Assembly (NCBI RefSeq): GCF_018350175.1
Contig: NC_058376.1
Coordinates: 58,404,001 to 58,468,000 of the forward strand
Direction of reading: 5' to 3'
DNA length: 64,000 bases
DNA from: Felis catus
Lineage: Eukaryota
How positions within the stretch are numbered: the first letter of the stretch is position 1; each line of letters opens with the position of its first letter. A program made the translations under genes and the position numbers. Positions 13,426 to 24,928 of the stretch are shown here, one piece after another. The notes below the pieces were generated by a model. That model was not told the DNA's origin. It saw only the letters and a program-made list of their open reading frames with translations, and did not search any database.

Positions 13426-13581
13426 GATGCTGACCTGTTGGATGTAGAAAGCAAACACTTTGAAGACTTGGAGTTCCAGCAGCTTGAACATGAGAGCCGC
13501 CTGGATGAGGAAAAGGAGAACCTGACCCAACAGCTCCTGCGCGAAGTAGCTGAATATCAACGGAACATCGTTACCAGAAAG
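13426..13581 (+). CDS. PHLDB2: PHLDB2 exon ~7 (DADLLDVESKHFEDLEFQQLEHESRLDEEKENLTQQLLREVAEYQRNIVTRK), coiled coil
   Basis: ttctccccag acceptor, gtactt donor, 156 nt, phase 0/0; translation recognised as LL5-beta. Confidence 0.97.
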
Positions 13582-14515
13582 GTACTTTAGCCAGGCGTCA
13601 TTCAGTGTAAAAAATCCAATTCACCTCTCTCTCTCTCTGTCTACCAGTCTTTATAGCTGAACATCTCTGTGTGTGAAACCACTTGTGATGCTGGAAAGAG
13701 TATGGAGCCTGCCATCTCTATACCATGGGGTGCTCCAAACTAGATAAACTGACATGTGGTCTAGTTATCATTACTTAATGCTACCGATGCATTTAGAAAT
13801 AATATCTGGTTGTTTCACATGCCTGGAAACCAAGGGAGAGAAAATCAGAAATCTAAATATTTGTCTTAAGTTACTTGCTTTTGCAATCATAGTAACTGGA
13901 TTTAGAATAACTCTGTGAACAAAGCCTATTTTGGAATTGTCTGTTGCCATTGTTCGTAGTTGTCAAGCTAACTGGTAGCTTACAACCATTAGAAATAACC
14001 CTGTGGAATGCCATGCACATTGCTGGCCCACCCAGTGGCCACACCCAGATGTTCAGCCCAGGATTCACCTCTTTTTCCAAAATTTAGACTCACATCCCAG
14101 GGCTCGGTACTAAACCAATAAAATTGAGGGAAAGGGAGATGAAGAAGTTGACATCTTAAGCTCTCAGTTTAAATAAGAAATTCCATTGTTATTTTTTCCA
14201 TAAGGCGTCTCCCAAGATGATGTCAAAAATTCATTTATAATCTAAAACAAGATTTCCTGTTGACTTCTGGATTCTTCAAATAGATTTTTAAGTCACTTGG
14301 ACTATATTGACCTCAGGTAAAGAAAAGCCTTGAGCTTGGGAGGTCAGAGAAACTACCTCACAGTCTCTGGCTAATGATAATCACTGGCTACCACCAACGA
14401 AAATGTGGCCGCTGCTGATCCAGTTGTAAACACTTTCCTCCCTTTTCCAGAACATACTGGCAAACTTTTGAATTGTCTAACATGCATCTACATATGATCA
14501 TGTTTTTCCCTGCAG

Positions 14516-14626
14516 GAAAAGNNNNNNNNNNNNNNNNNNNNNNNNNNNNNNNNNNNNNNNNNNNNNNNNNNNNNNNNNNNNNNNNNNNNNNNNNNNNNNN
14601 NNNNNNNNNNNNNNNNNNNNNNNNNN
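14516..14626 (+). CDS. PHLDB2: PHLDB2 exon ~8 (starts EK...), mostly inside N-gap 14522-14653
   Basis: tttttccctgcag|GAA AAG continues RK-EK from the previous exon. The end is inferred from an expected length of about 111 nt and is not visible. Confidence 0.75.
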
Positions 14627-15916
14627 NNNNNNNNNNNNNNNNNNNNNNNNNNNGCAAGAAAACTCAGGTGCCAACTTGGGGAAAGTTGCTTCCTTCAGAG
14701 CAAGTACCTTTTACTTGTGAATAGTGAATTACAATTTAAAGAAGCTTTGTAATATATATTTGTATTTAATCCTCCACATTAATAAGCTGATGATCTGTGA
14801 ATAATTAACTATAATTCAGAAAATAGGCAAGGACATTTTCCTCATGCTTTTTCCAGTGTGAAAATTCAAATTATGGAAAATATGTACATTTTCTGATTGT
14901 CCTCTTTTAAATCGTATTTTTCATCGAATAGGCAGAACATATTCTGCTTTTTTTTTCTTTTTCTTTTTTTTTCTTTTTTCTTTTTTTTTTTTTTTTTTTT
15001 TGCTGCTATCAAATATTTGGCTCCGCTGCTGTGGTATTTTTAACTGCAGTTATTTGCATGTGGCAAATTGCCACATTGAGCTTAGTTAGGCTTAATTAAC
15101 TAGGGAGACATCCTACATGGGTGACAAGATCATCCTCTCCAAAGGGACTGTGTGTTCCCATCTGCCCAGCACCTAAAATGGCTGCATTAAAGGGATTCCT
15201 TTGCCCAACCTGCAGCCTGATCTTCTGACATAGTCCCTGGCCTAATGTTAGGTCTAAGACGCTGAGAGGTAAAGTTAATGGGGCTAGTCTCAGGACTGAG
15301 CCTTGTATCCAGGCCACTACCTCGGATGTGATCCTGAAAACATGAGATGGACCCAGAATGGGGTACAGGAGAAAGAATGATGGATTAAAGGATGAGGCTG
15401 TACCGTGGTCCCACCTAGAAGAAATGTAGCTGCACTATTTTCATCTTAGCTACTCAGCTATTTTTAGGTTGAAAAAAGAGAGAAAAGTGGTCCTTCACAT
15501 AGAATTATGAGTTCACTCAAGGTGCCTATGTAGCCCACACAGATCCCTGATAGCTCCCCTCCTCCTGCTTCTTCAGCACCTGGAAATCTCTGAATGGATG
15601 TATATTTTCCATCCCTGTCTCCTGTTCTGGGGATGAACTCTGGTTCCACTAACCTCCCCATCACCCTTTGCATGTGATAGTCAAAGGCACAGCTTAAATT
15701 AGATAGTGTAATATGCAGTATTTAAGTGGTTTCTGAACCTTTAGGAAAAATGGGGGGAAAGTCTCATAAGAGATAGATTTTTTAAATGGGTAATCACAAT
15801 CATAGAAATGCCACTTTCTCATTAAAATATATAAAGTATAATTCTATTCTAAAAATTGTGGTCTAAAGGTTATGGTTTATGTTTTCCCAAATTGATCTAT
15901 AGATATATCTCAATCT

Positions 15917-16130
15917 TTATAAAAAAGCTTTTAATGTTTATTTATTTTGATGGGGAGAAAAAGCATGAGTCAGGGAGGGGCAGAGAGAGAGGGAGACACA
16001 GAATCCAAAGCAGGCTCCAGACTCTGAGCTGTCAGCACAGAGCCCGATGCAGAGCTTGAACCTATGAACCATGAGATCATGACCTGAAATGAAGTCAGAT
16101 GCTCAACCAACTGAGCCACCCAGGTGTCCC
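15917..16130 (-). mobile_element. Can-SINE inserted in L1
   Basis: TSD TAGATATATCTCAATCT at 15900-15916 and 16131-16147. Confidence 0.92.
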
Positions 16131-16206
16131 TAGATATATCTCAATCTCAATCAAAATCCCAACAGACTCTTTTATAGAAATTGACACAAGTTGATGCTAA
16201 AATTTA

Positions 16207-16859
16207 CAATTGATCTGCATTATTTGTGAAGTTTATATTTGTGAATTTGCCAGCTCACTAAGATCTATTTGTAGTCCCCAAATCAATACGTGTCTTATGG
16301 TTCATTGATGGACATGTGCAGAACGGTAGCAATTTGTAATCACTCAGCATACACCGTCCCAACTGAGGTTGAACGAAGCAACACTCTGCCTTTGTGCTCC
16401 AAGTGTCATAGAGTAAAGAGATGTGTCCTTTTTGTGGGCTATTTCGTGCTATGTTTTCACATTTTTTGTGCTTTTCATTGATGATTTTGCTGTTTAAATT
16501 ACCTCCCGAGCATAGTGCTAATGTACTGTCTACTGTTCCTAAGGGCAGGAAGTTTGTGATGTGCCTTATGGAAAAAATGCATGTGTTAAAAGAGCTTTAT
16601 TCAAGCATGAATTATAGTGCTGTTAGATGTGAGTTCAGTGTTTGGTAATCAGCAATATATCTTAAATAAGATGCCTTTGAACATGAACACCCAGAAAGCA
16701 AAATTATGTATTGATCAGTTGATGAAATGATTTCGACCAGAAGCCCACAGTAACCCAACTCTGTCTTTTCCATAGGAACGACAGTTCAGTATTTACTAAT
16801 GCAGTGTTCACGGCAATGTTACAGAACATAAGAATTACAAGTAATAAGAATCAACTCTG
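16207..16859. mobile_element. Non-autonomous TcMar-Tigger element (MER82-like) inserted in L1
   Basis: About 650 nt, TA-flanked, degenerate terminal repeats; family name recalled from memory. Confidence 0.65.
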
Positions 16860-17394
16860 TATGAAAATGCCAAGGGCATAGAATAACCAGAATAGCTTTG
16901 AACAAGAACCAAGTTGGAGGATTTATACTATTTGATTTCAAGGTTGCCTCTAAAGCTATATAGTATTTAAAATGATGTGGTGCTGACACACAGCCAGACA
17001 TGCAGATCAATGGAACCAAACAGAAAGCCCAGAAATAGACCCACACATATACTGCCTATTGATTTTTGACAGAGGGTTCCAAGACAATTAATCCAGTGGG
17101 GAAAAGAAAGTCTTTCCAACACATAGTGCTGGATCAAGTGGGTAAACATGGGGAAAAAAGGAGCGCTAACACGTCTGTCCTCACACCATGCATATAAATT
17201 AACTCAAGGCGGATTGTAGCCCTCAACATAAAAATTAAAGTGATAAAGTTTCTAGAAGAAAATGTAGGACTGCAAGTGCACTTCCCTGGCCTTGGGATAA
17301 GCAAAGGTTTTTTAAAGAGAGAATGACAAAGGACTTATACCCAGAAAATAACAAAAACTCCTGTAACTCATTAATGGTCAATAAACACTCAATA

Positions 17395-17627
17395 GGGGCG
17401 CCTGGGTGGCTCAGTCGGTTAAGCGGCCGACTTCAGCTCAGGTCACGATCTCATGGTCCATGAGTTCGAGCCCCGCGTCGGGCTCTGGGCTGATGGCTCA
17501 GAGCCTGAAGCCTGCTTCCGATTCTGTGTCTCCCTCTCTCTCTGCCCCTCCCCCATTAATGCTCTGTCTCGCTCTGTCTCAAAAATAAATAAAAAACGTT
17601 AAAAAAAATTTAAAAAAAATAAAATAA
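17395..17627 (+). mobile_element. Can-SINE inserted in L1 (CpG-rich, young)
   Basis: TSD AATAAACACTCAATA at 17380-17394 and 17628-17642. Confidence 0.93.
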
Positions 17628-17800
17628 AATAAACACTCAATAAATAATTAAAAAAAAACAGGCAAAAGAACTGAATACAAACACTTCACAAAAAAAAGAT
17701 ATATGAAGAGACAATAAGTCACATGAAAAAATACTCGCTATCATTAGTCACCAGGGAAATCTAAGATTGACGAAGCTTAATAGATTTTGTGTTCCTTCAG

Positions 17801-17890
17801 GAAAAAGAAAATCTTTGTAATCTGGAAAAGAAATACTCCAGCCTCACTGGGGGGAAAGGGTTTCCTGTCAACCCCAGTACTCTAAAAGAG
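17801..17890 (+). CDS. PHLDB2: PHLDB2 exon ~9 (EKENLCNLEKKYSSLTGGKGFPVNPSTLKE)
   Basis: gttccttcag / gtaagc, 90 nt, phase 0/0. Confidence 0.97.
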
Positions 17891-18087
17891 GTAAGCTATG
17901 ATTTTACATGTCCACTCGTATCACCTTGGAAATCAAGAGATGTGCCTCAGTTTTATGTGATCAGCTAAATAGGAAAACGTTCACTTAAGTGACTTAGAAA
18001 GCGTTCAATGCTTTTATGGTTTCCCTGCCTTTTATTTATGCTTTGAAGATTTCAGGGATTATCTTTGTGTCTAATGCAGATGCACTC

Positions 18088-18088
<1 letters not shown>

Positions 18089-18133
<45 letters not shown>
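18089..18133. repeat. (TG)n microsatellite; others at about 18819-18883, 20922-20956 and 59670-59708
   Basis: Directly visible. Confidence 0.95.
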
Positions 18134-18137
<4 letters not shown>

Positions 18138-18817
18138 CTGTTTGACAGTGACATTGTGGGTTAATTTGGAGTTTCAAACAAGTTGGGATTCAAACCAATA
18201 CTAGTCTTAAATTCTCTTCTCTGCAATTTTCTTTTTCGGTTCCTCCTCTTTCTTACTTTATGTCTCTTTCTCCTAAGTCTGATAGCACGTGAAAAGGCCT
18301 CTGCACATTTGATAAGATGGTCTGGTTTCTTCCTTTCTCTGTCTCTTTTTTCCCCCAATGTTGTTTCTGCTACTTCCCTCCTTAAATTAGAAAATACTAT
18401 TTACATTAAGCTATATACACTCTTTATTCCAAACATCCACCTTTGAAATATCTTCCTATGGAGCTACACCGCTACAATGGGAGAATATTTTAACTCTAAT
18501 TTGGTTATAACCCTGACTGAAAAAGAAAATAGTCATTATTTCTTTAGCATGGTTGACACGCCATGTTGCATTAATTTCAGGTGCACAACACAGTGATTCA
18601 GCAAATTTATATATTATGCTATGTTCACCACAAGTGGAGCTATCATCTGTTCCAATACAAAATAGTTTTATTTATTTTTATTTTTTCCAGAAAGCTAAAG
18701 AAAAAGCTTGCTTCTGTGTAATAACAGAGTAAACATTTGTATAATAACAAAAAACCCCACTTTATTTATAAGTATCTATTTAAAAGGCAGCAGAGTTAAG
18801 ACTTCCTACATAGGGAG

Positions 18818-18882
<65 letters not shown>

Positions 18883-19049
18883 TAGGTATATGAAGTAAAT
18901 GCTCATCACACAATAAGTATGAATAATGTGTACCTCAGAAGCAATTTGAACTGTTTCCACAAGAGCTTTATTAGCTCATTTAGTTTTGTAGTTCCTCTCT
19001 ATTATTCAGAACACAGAACTGGCAGATTCCGTGAACAAAGGGTAATAGT

Positions 19050-19590
19050 GGGTGGAGTATGGTGGAAGGAGAGAATGTCAGTGAGGTGGGTGGGGACCAG
19101 GCCTTGTGAGACGTGTTAAAGAAATATGGCGTATCATATATGTCTGGGTTATCACGGAGTGAGTGGTTTTAAACAGGGAAATGACATTATTCAATGTCCA
19201 CTTGTTAAATGTCACTCTGGGCTGCTCTTCTGGGTTCTAAGGAGTAGGAGGAGAAACAGAGGAACCAAGGAAGGAGGTTATTGCAGTGGTACAGGCTGGA
19301 AATGCTGGTGGCTTGCCTTCACACCATGGCAGAGAGAGGGAGAGAATTAGCTCGATGTGGATAAATTTTGGAGCAGAGTTGACAGTTCTTGCTGATAGAT
19401 TGGATGTGAGGATGAAGTAAATGAAGGGAGGTGTTGGGAATGATGCCATTTTTCCAGTTTGAATAATGAGCCTGATAGTGAGGACCTTTTCCTGAGGTAG
19501 TGAAGACAGGAGAAAGTGTAGGTTAAGAGGGAAGATGTGCAATTTGATTCTGGACATACTGAGTTTGAGGCACTGTGGCATCCAAATGAA
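19050..19590 (+). mobile_element. L2 fragment
   Basis: Degenerate L2-like motifs (gatagattggatgtgagg; ggacatactgagtttgagg). Confidence 0.55.
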
Positions 19591-19809
19591 TTAGGCTCTT
19601 GGATCTTTTTACCTCTTAGTATAATAATAAAATCTTTCCTTTTCTGTTGATGGATTGTTCTTTTTCTCTGCAGACTCCCTGTTGCCAAAAGCCCATTTGG
19701 CTTTTTGACTCTTTGTATGTCTCCAATGCTTGTGTTTGTTGAGTAGCTATGTTCCCTTTCATGGACTAAACTGACTTGGCTCATGGGATGTTTTGAATTT
19801 CTTCCTTTC

Positions 19810-19844
<35 letters not shown>

Positions 19845-20324
19845 CACTGCTTCAGTCTCTCTATTTTTTTACAGAGTGATTAATTTATATACAACTCTTT
19901 TAAACAAGTCCCACTTTTGATGAATGGCATACATTTTCGAAGCAATGAATTAGGTCATATGGTTTATGACGTGTGAAGAATGAAATGTTGGTTTTGAAGC
20001 ACTGCACTGTCAACTGAGCAAAAGAATAATTTAAAGTGGTGACTCTTCACCCTCATTCATTATCAAATAGAAAATGAAATTTAACAACCCAGTTGTCAAC
20101 TTCCTTTCTTTGATTTAATCTTATGAAACTTTACATGGTATATATTACCATGAAGTGCAAGACTGTCCTCAGCAGCATTTTTAAAACTACAGTTTTATAA
20201 AAGAGTCAACTTTAGCTTTCTCAAATTGTTGTAATTATAAATTCTCAGTAAAACCTTGCTTTCCAGCCTGAAAAGTTTGCTTCCCCAGCATAATGATATC
20301 TTACCTATCCTGGAGCCACTTTTT

Positions 20325-20541
20325 CTTTTTAAATTTTTTTAAATATTTATTTATTTTTGAGAGAGAGAGAGAGAGGGAGCAGGGGAGGGGCAGAGAGAGA
20401 GGGAGACACAGAATCTAAAGCAGGCTCCAGGCTCTGAGCTGCCAGCATAGAGCCCGACGCGAGGTTTGAACCCATGAACCGCTGAGATCATGACCTGAGC
20501 TGAAGTCCAGCATTTAACCCACTGAGCCAGCCAGGTGCCCC
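20325..20541 (-). mobile_element. Can-SINE
   Basis: TSD CCTGGAGCCACTTTTT at 20309-20324 and 20542-20557. Confidence 0.92.
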
Positions 20542-20919
20542 CCTGGAGCCACTTTTTTAAAGGATTGATGGGCTAATAGAAGAGCCCAAGTGTTAAATTT
20601 CACTCAATTTTACTTTTAAAAGAGAAATACTATTCTGTATTCTTTATTCTGTTTTTTCCAACTGTTTTGTTGGTGTGGTGAAAATCATGATTGGTTGGTA
20701 CAATTATTTTGGATGAAAATTTATAAGTGCCTTTTCCTCAAATACAAATGGAGGAGTTTTGATTCTTGCAGGTTTTGATTCACAGACATGTTCTCTAACC
20801 TGAAGCTGGAACTGAATCGCTGAACTTAAAAGTCAATGAGCAATTCTCTGTCCTGGGGTAGAGCTGAGAGTGGGGAAGCTACCTGGAATTGAAATAGCCT
20901 CAAGCTACAACTCCACCTG

Positions 20920-20958
<39 letters not shown>

Positions 20959-21578
20959 ACATTTGTCTTGCTAGGGAAGGCTCATGAGCGGATGAGTATC
21001 CCTTTTATTCTCATTTAGGTGAGATATCTGAAAGCTAGATTCCGTTACAAATAAATGACTGCTTATAAAATGTCTTCATACAAAACCCAGAAGCCCTCAG
21101 CCTACTGTTACTCACACTCTAACTCATCGGGAAACAGAAGAAAAGGGGAAAATCTAAAAATAATGATTTGTGGGAAAAGCTCTTGAAGTATGAGTGATTG
21201 CACTGTAAATTTTATATCTCAGATTTTCGTGTATGTGATTATTTTAAATGTTGTATAGTAATGCCCTCATTCAGTCAACAGAATGAATGGCTGATACCTC
21301 TGGATATTTTGAAATCGAAGGCACGGGTTATTTATAATATAATCATCCTGATTTCACCTCCCAAAAACGTATTTGTAGTGTTTGGTGTATCGGTTTTCAA
21401 GATTAAGCGTCGTAAATCCATTTTAATGGCTGATGATTCCTTAATGAAACATTTGGTAATACCACAGATATTTGGCTGTGCCGCTCAAAGCTAACTCCAT
21501 TGTACTGGGAGCATTAATACTCTCGCATGCCTCAGCTTTTGCTTTCTTTGTGTTTAACTTCTGAATTCCTCCTTTTAG

Positions 21579-21722
21579 GGCTATATCAGTGTACATGAAA
21601 TTAATGAGCCATGTGTCAATTCCACGAATCTATCCCCTTCCTCTCAGTTCCCTGCTGATGCTGATGCTGTTGCCACTGGGCCTCCCACAGCTGTGCCGGT
21701 GAGCCAGCCACAAAATAAAGAG
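21579..21722 (+). CDS. PHLDB2: PHLDB2 exon ~10 (GYISVHEINEPC...SQPQNKE)
   Basis: ccttttag / gtgtgt, 144 nt, phase 0/0. Confidence 0.95.
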
Positions 21723-22342
21723 GTGTGTTGGCATGACATTTCATTCATTCACTGCTTTCCTCATGTCAAAGATTAACCCATGATTACCTGAAAGGGAAGG
21801 TGTGTGTGACCAGTATACATCTGGTTGACCAGCGGGCCGGAGTGATGCCGGGTTTGAAAAATATACCAATTTGGGGTCCTGTTCTGTCGGCCATGATTCT
21901 AGAAATCATGAGATGGATGGTACAGAGTGGAGTAGTAGGAGAATTAAGTTCAAAACCATAAACTCTAGATCGTAGCACTCTAACCTGACACCCTTTTCAT
22001 AGAAAACAAAAAGCCTTCCTAAAATTGTTAGTTTGAATCGCTTTTCCAGTTTGATTTTTTTTTTCTGTTGTGTTGTGCAGTATGGATTTTTTTTTAATAT
22101 TATGCCTTCTAAAAACATCTGGGGAGGGGCAAATAATAGTAAATTAAAATACCTTCTAACTGATCCAGGTTGCTCGCAGAGTGGGATTTTAACAAGAGAC
22201 TAAATTGAAAGATACTGCCCGTCATCTGTGACTTTTGATTAAAACACAAGAGAACAGAATAATGAGATTATCGATTTCATTTCTTTGTCTAATTCTTTCA
22301 TTTCATATGGACACATATATACTTTTTCTTTCTCCTATAAAG

Positions 22343-22531
22343 CAAAGATCACCTGTCTGTTCTGGATTTATGTTTCCTTCCACCCTTTCTCCTCATCCTA
22401 TCACTCAACCTCCATCAGCCCCTTGGCCCGAAGTCCTGGCTCCATCTGTCGATCCTTTCCCTTTAAATGACACACCTCCTCCTCTACCAGCTAAGAAACA
22501 CAGAAGGCAGCCACAGCAGCAGGAGCAACAG
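22343..22531 (+). CDS. PHLDB2: Candidate alternative cassette exon of PHLDB2, 63 aa, Pro-rich (QRSPVCSGFMFP...DTPPPLPAKKHRRQPQQQEQQ)
   Basis: ctttttctttctcctataaag acceptor, CAG|gtaact donor, 189 nt, phase 0/0 matching both neighbours, no stop codon. Confidence 0.75.
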
Positions 22532-23242
22532 GTAACTTGACACTGGTGTTCAGAGTTTGAGAGCTTGACCTTGACACCAAGGTTACTTACGTGGAATCTT
22601 TCCATCAGCTTTTCCAAAGGTATCCTTAAAAAGACAAGTACATATTCCTTTGCTGGGTTTTCTTTTGTTTGGTTGGGTTTTGTTTTTATTTTTTTTTAAG
22701 GCCATTTAGTATTTTTTAAGGGTGTGGGGGATTGTTCTAAACTTCAACAACTTGATTGCCCTCTCCTGACTTTTGATATGTTCAAGCTAGGTATGTTTCA
22801 TATCCTCAGGCTTCAGTTCCTATTCAACCAAAATACTGCAACTTATCTCAGGTATTTTTCAAAAGGATAATAATTTTTCCATTAAACCCATGGTATAAAA
22901 AGTTGCTGGGTCAACACAAAATAGTTTTCTTACACATTACTGAAGTCATAATAATAGACATCATGCCCTTGCTATGTGTCAAAATTTGCTGAACATTTTA
23001 CAAATAAATATCTCATTTCTTGCTTCTACTAATCCTGTGAAATAAGAATTAATTCCTTATTGCCTGAGGTAAATAGCTTGTCTAACGTCACACCACAAAA
23101 AAGACATTTGGGTCATAGAAGATTTTTATTAATCACATTTTTAAATAAGGAATTCATTATTATGAATGTCACCCTTCTTCAAGCACATTAGTGCATATTC
23201 ATGCTTGGGTGTTCAAAAAAAATCTGTTTTGAGGTTCCTTTC

Positions 23243-23455
23243 TTTTTATTTTTTTATTTTTTTTATTTTTGGGACAGAGAGAGACAGAGCATGAACGGGG
23301 GAGGGGCAGAGAGAGAGGGAGACACAGAATCGGAAACAGGCTCCAGGCTCTGAGCCATCAGCCCAGAGCCCGACACGGGGCTCAAACTCACGGACCGCGA
23401 GATCGTGACCTGGCTGAAGTCGGACGCTTAACCGACTGCGCCACCCAGGCGCCCC
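23243..23455 (-). mobile_element. Young Can-SINE
   Basis: TSD TTGAGGTTCCTTTC at 23229-23242 and 23456-23469; CpGs intact. Confidence 0.94.
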
Positions 23456-23583
23456 TTGAGGTTCCTTTCAACTACAATCAAATTTCTATATGAGTTTGGC
23501 CCAGAAGATGCTAAGGAATCATAGTCACTAGATCCCCAAATTAGAGGGGCTGTGGTTTGCTATGCCCAGCTGTTACTTTTCTT

Positions 23584-23800
23584 TCTTTTTTTTTTTTAAT
23601 GCTTATTTATTTTTGAGAGAGAGAGAGAGACAAAGTGTGAGCAGGGCAGGGGCAGAGAGAGAGGGAGACACAGAGTCTGAAACAGGCTCCAGGCTCTGAG
23701 CTGTCAGCACAGAGCCCGACGCGGGGCTCAAACTCACAAACCACGAGATCATGACTTGAGCCGAAGTTGGACGTTTAACTGACTGAGCCACCCAGGCACC
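23584..23800 (-). mobile_element. Can-SINE
   Basis: TSD CCCAGCTGTTACTTTTCTT on both sides. Confidence 0.92.
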
Positions 23801-24787
23801 CCCAGCTGTTACTTTTCTTGAAGTTACCTTTACTGCCTTTTACCTTTTGTTAAAGGACTATATCCCCTCACTAGTTTTAGGTTAATAAAAACTAGAATAA
23901 AGAGATAATTATGAGGTTAAAATGTAGATATTTTTCATGATTGGCATCTTTGAAGATTAATCATAAATGTGGTAACTCAAATTGCATTCATTTTTATGTG
24001 TTTCAAAAGCTTGAGCTTAGTCTAGATATGATCAAACCCTAAGAGCCTTTAATTAAGAATTAACTTTACTGCTAAGTAAGACCTTTTGGGGGAGGCTAAG
24101 AAAAATTTGGATACATTTCAAGTTAGCAAAAATTTTGCCTTAGGAATATATAGTAAAAAAAATAAATAGTCAAAGGAGGATTTTTAAATGTGAGGAACTA
24201 CTACAGGGATTTCTTGACTAAGATCCTTTTTTAAAATAAAAGAGCAACCTAGTAAGGTGTCTTATATGGAAACGTTATATGGATTTGGAGTGTTTATATG
24301 TAATTAAAATATTCCGACTTTAAAACAACTTCCCTGTTTACTCGCTCTTTCTCTCCATCTTCTTCCTTCTCCCTTTCCTTGTTCTCCTCACGCTGGGATC
24401 TGTGCCAGCACACAGAACTGTCCAGACAGACAAGGGGAGAAACTGCTTACTTGCTTTGTCCACTGGCTGTTCCGCCATCCACATGGCGGCCATCATAATA
24501 ATTTGTAAGTTGTCCTGAGGCCCCAAGGCAGCAGGCACTATCTATGAAAGTGAAAGGTGGATTTTTTTTTTAAGTTTCTAGGTCCAATAATAAATTCTTC
24601 CAGTGTCTATGTATCTTACCGAATGTTAGCCCTAGTCTGTTAGTGAACACAAGTATAAGCTGAATTTTTTTTTTAATTCTGTGTTAAAATTCCAAAACTT
24701 CTTTGTGAATGCATACTTCTTAATTTCTTCAGTGACCTGTTCCAATTAGTCAAGTTTTGCTATTCTGCTTTACATTTGCATTTAAAG

Positions 24788-24928
24788 CATTTTAGAAGTC
24801 TGGAAGAAAGGAAAAAACAGCATAAAGAAGGCCTCTATCTGAGTGACACTTTGCCTCGAAAGAAAACCACACCTTCCATATCCCCACATTTCAGCAGTGC
24901 TACTATGGGGAGAAGCACCACCCCAAAG
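24788..24928 (+). CDS. PHLDB2: PHLDB2 exon ~11 (HFRSLEERKK...GRSTTPK)
   Basis: tttaaag / gtagga, 141 nt, phase 0/0. Confidence 0.96.

Larger units (their letters stand above)
15885..17760 (+). mobile_element. Old L1 ORF2 fragment, interrupted three times
   Basis: Degenerate L1 ORF2 motifs (aatcaaaatcccaacagac; cagatcaatggaac...cccagaaatagacccacacatata). Confidence 0.75.

Noticed and set aside
19347-19847. 166-aa minus-strand ORF, the longest in the track
   Set aside because: Starts in a (CT)n repeat and runs through an L2 remnant; no recognisable protein features.
21833-21919. 87-nt open phase-0 segment after exon 10
   Set aside because: Acceptor lacks a pyrimidine tract and the donor (ATG|GTACAG) is weak.
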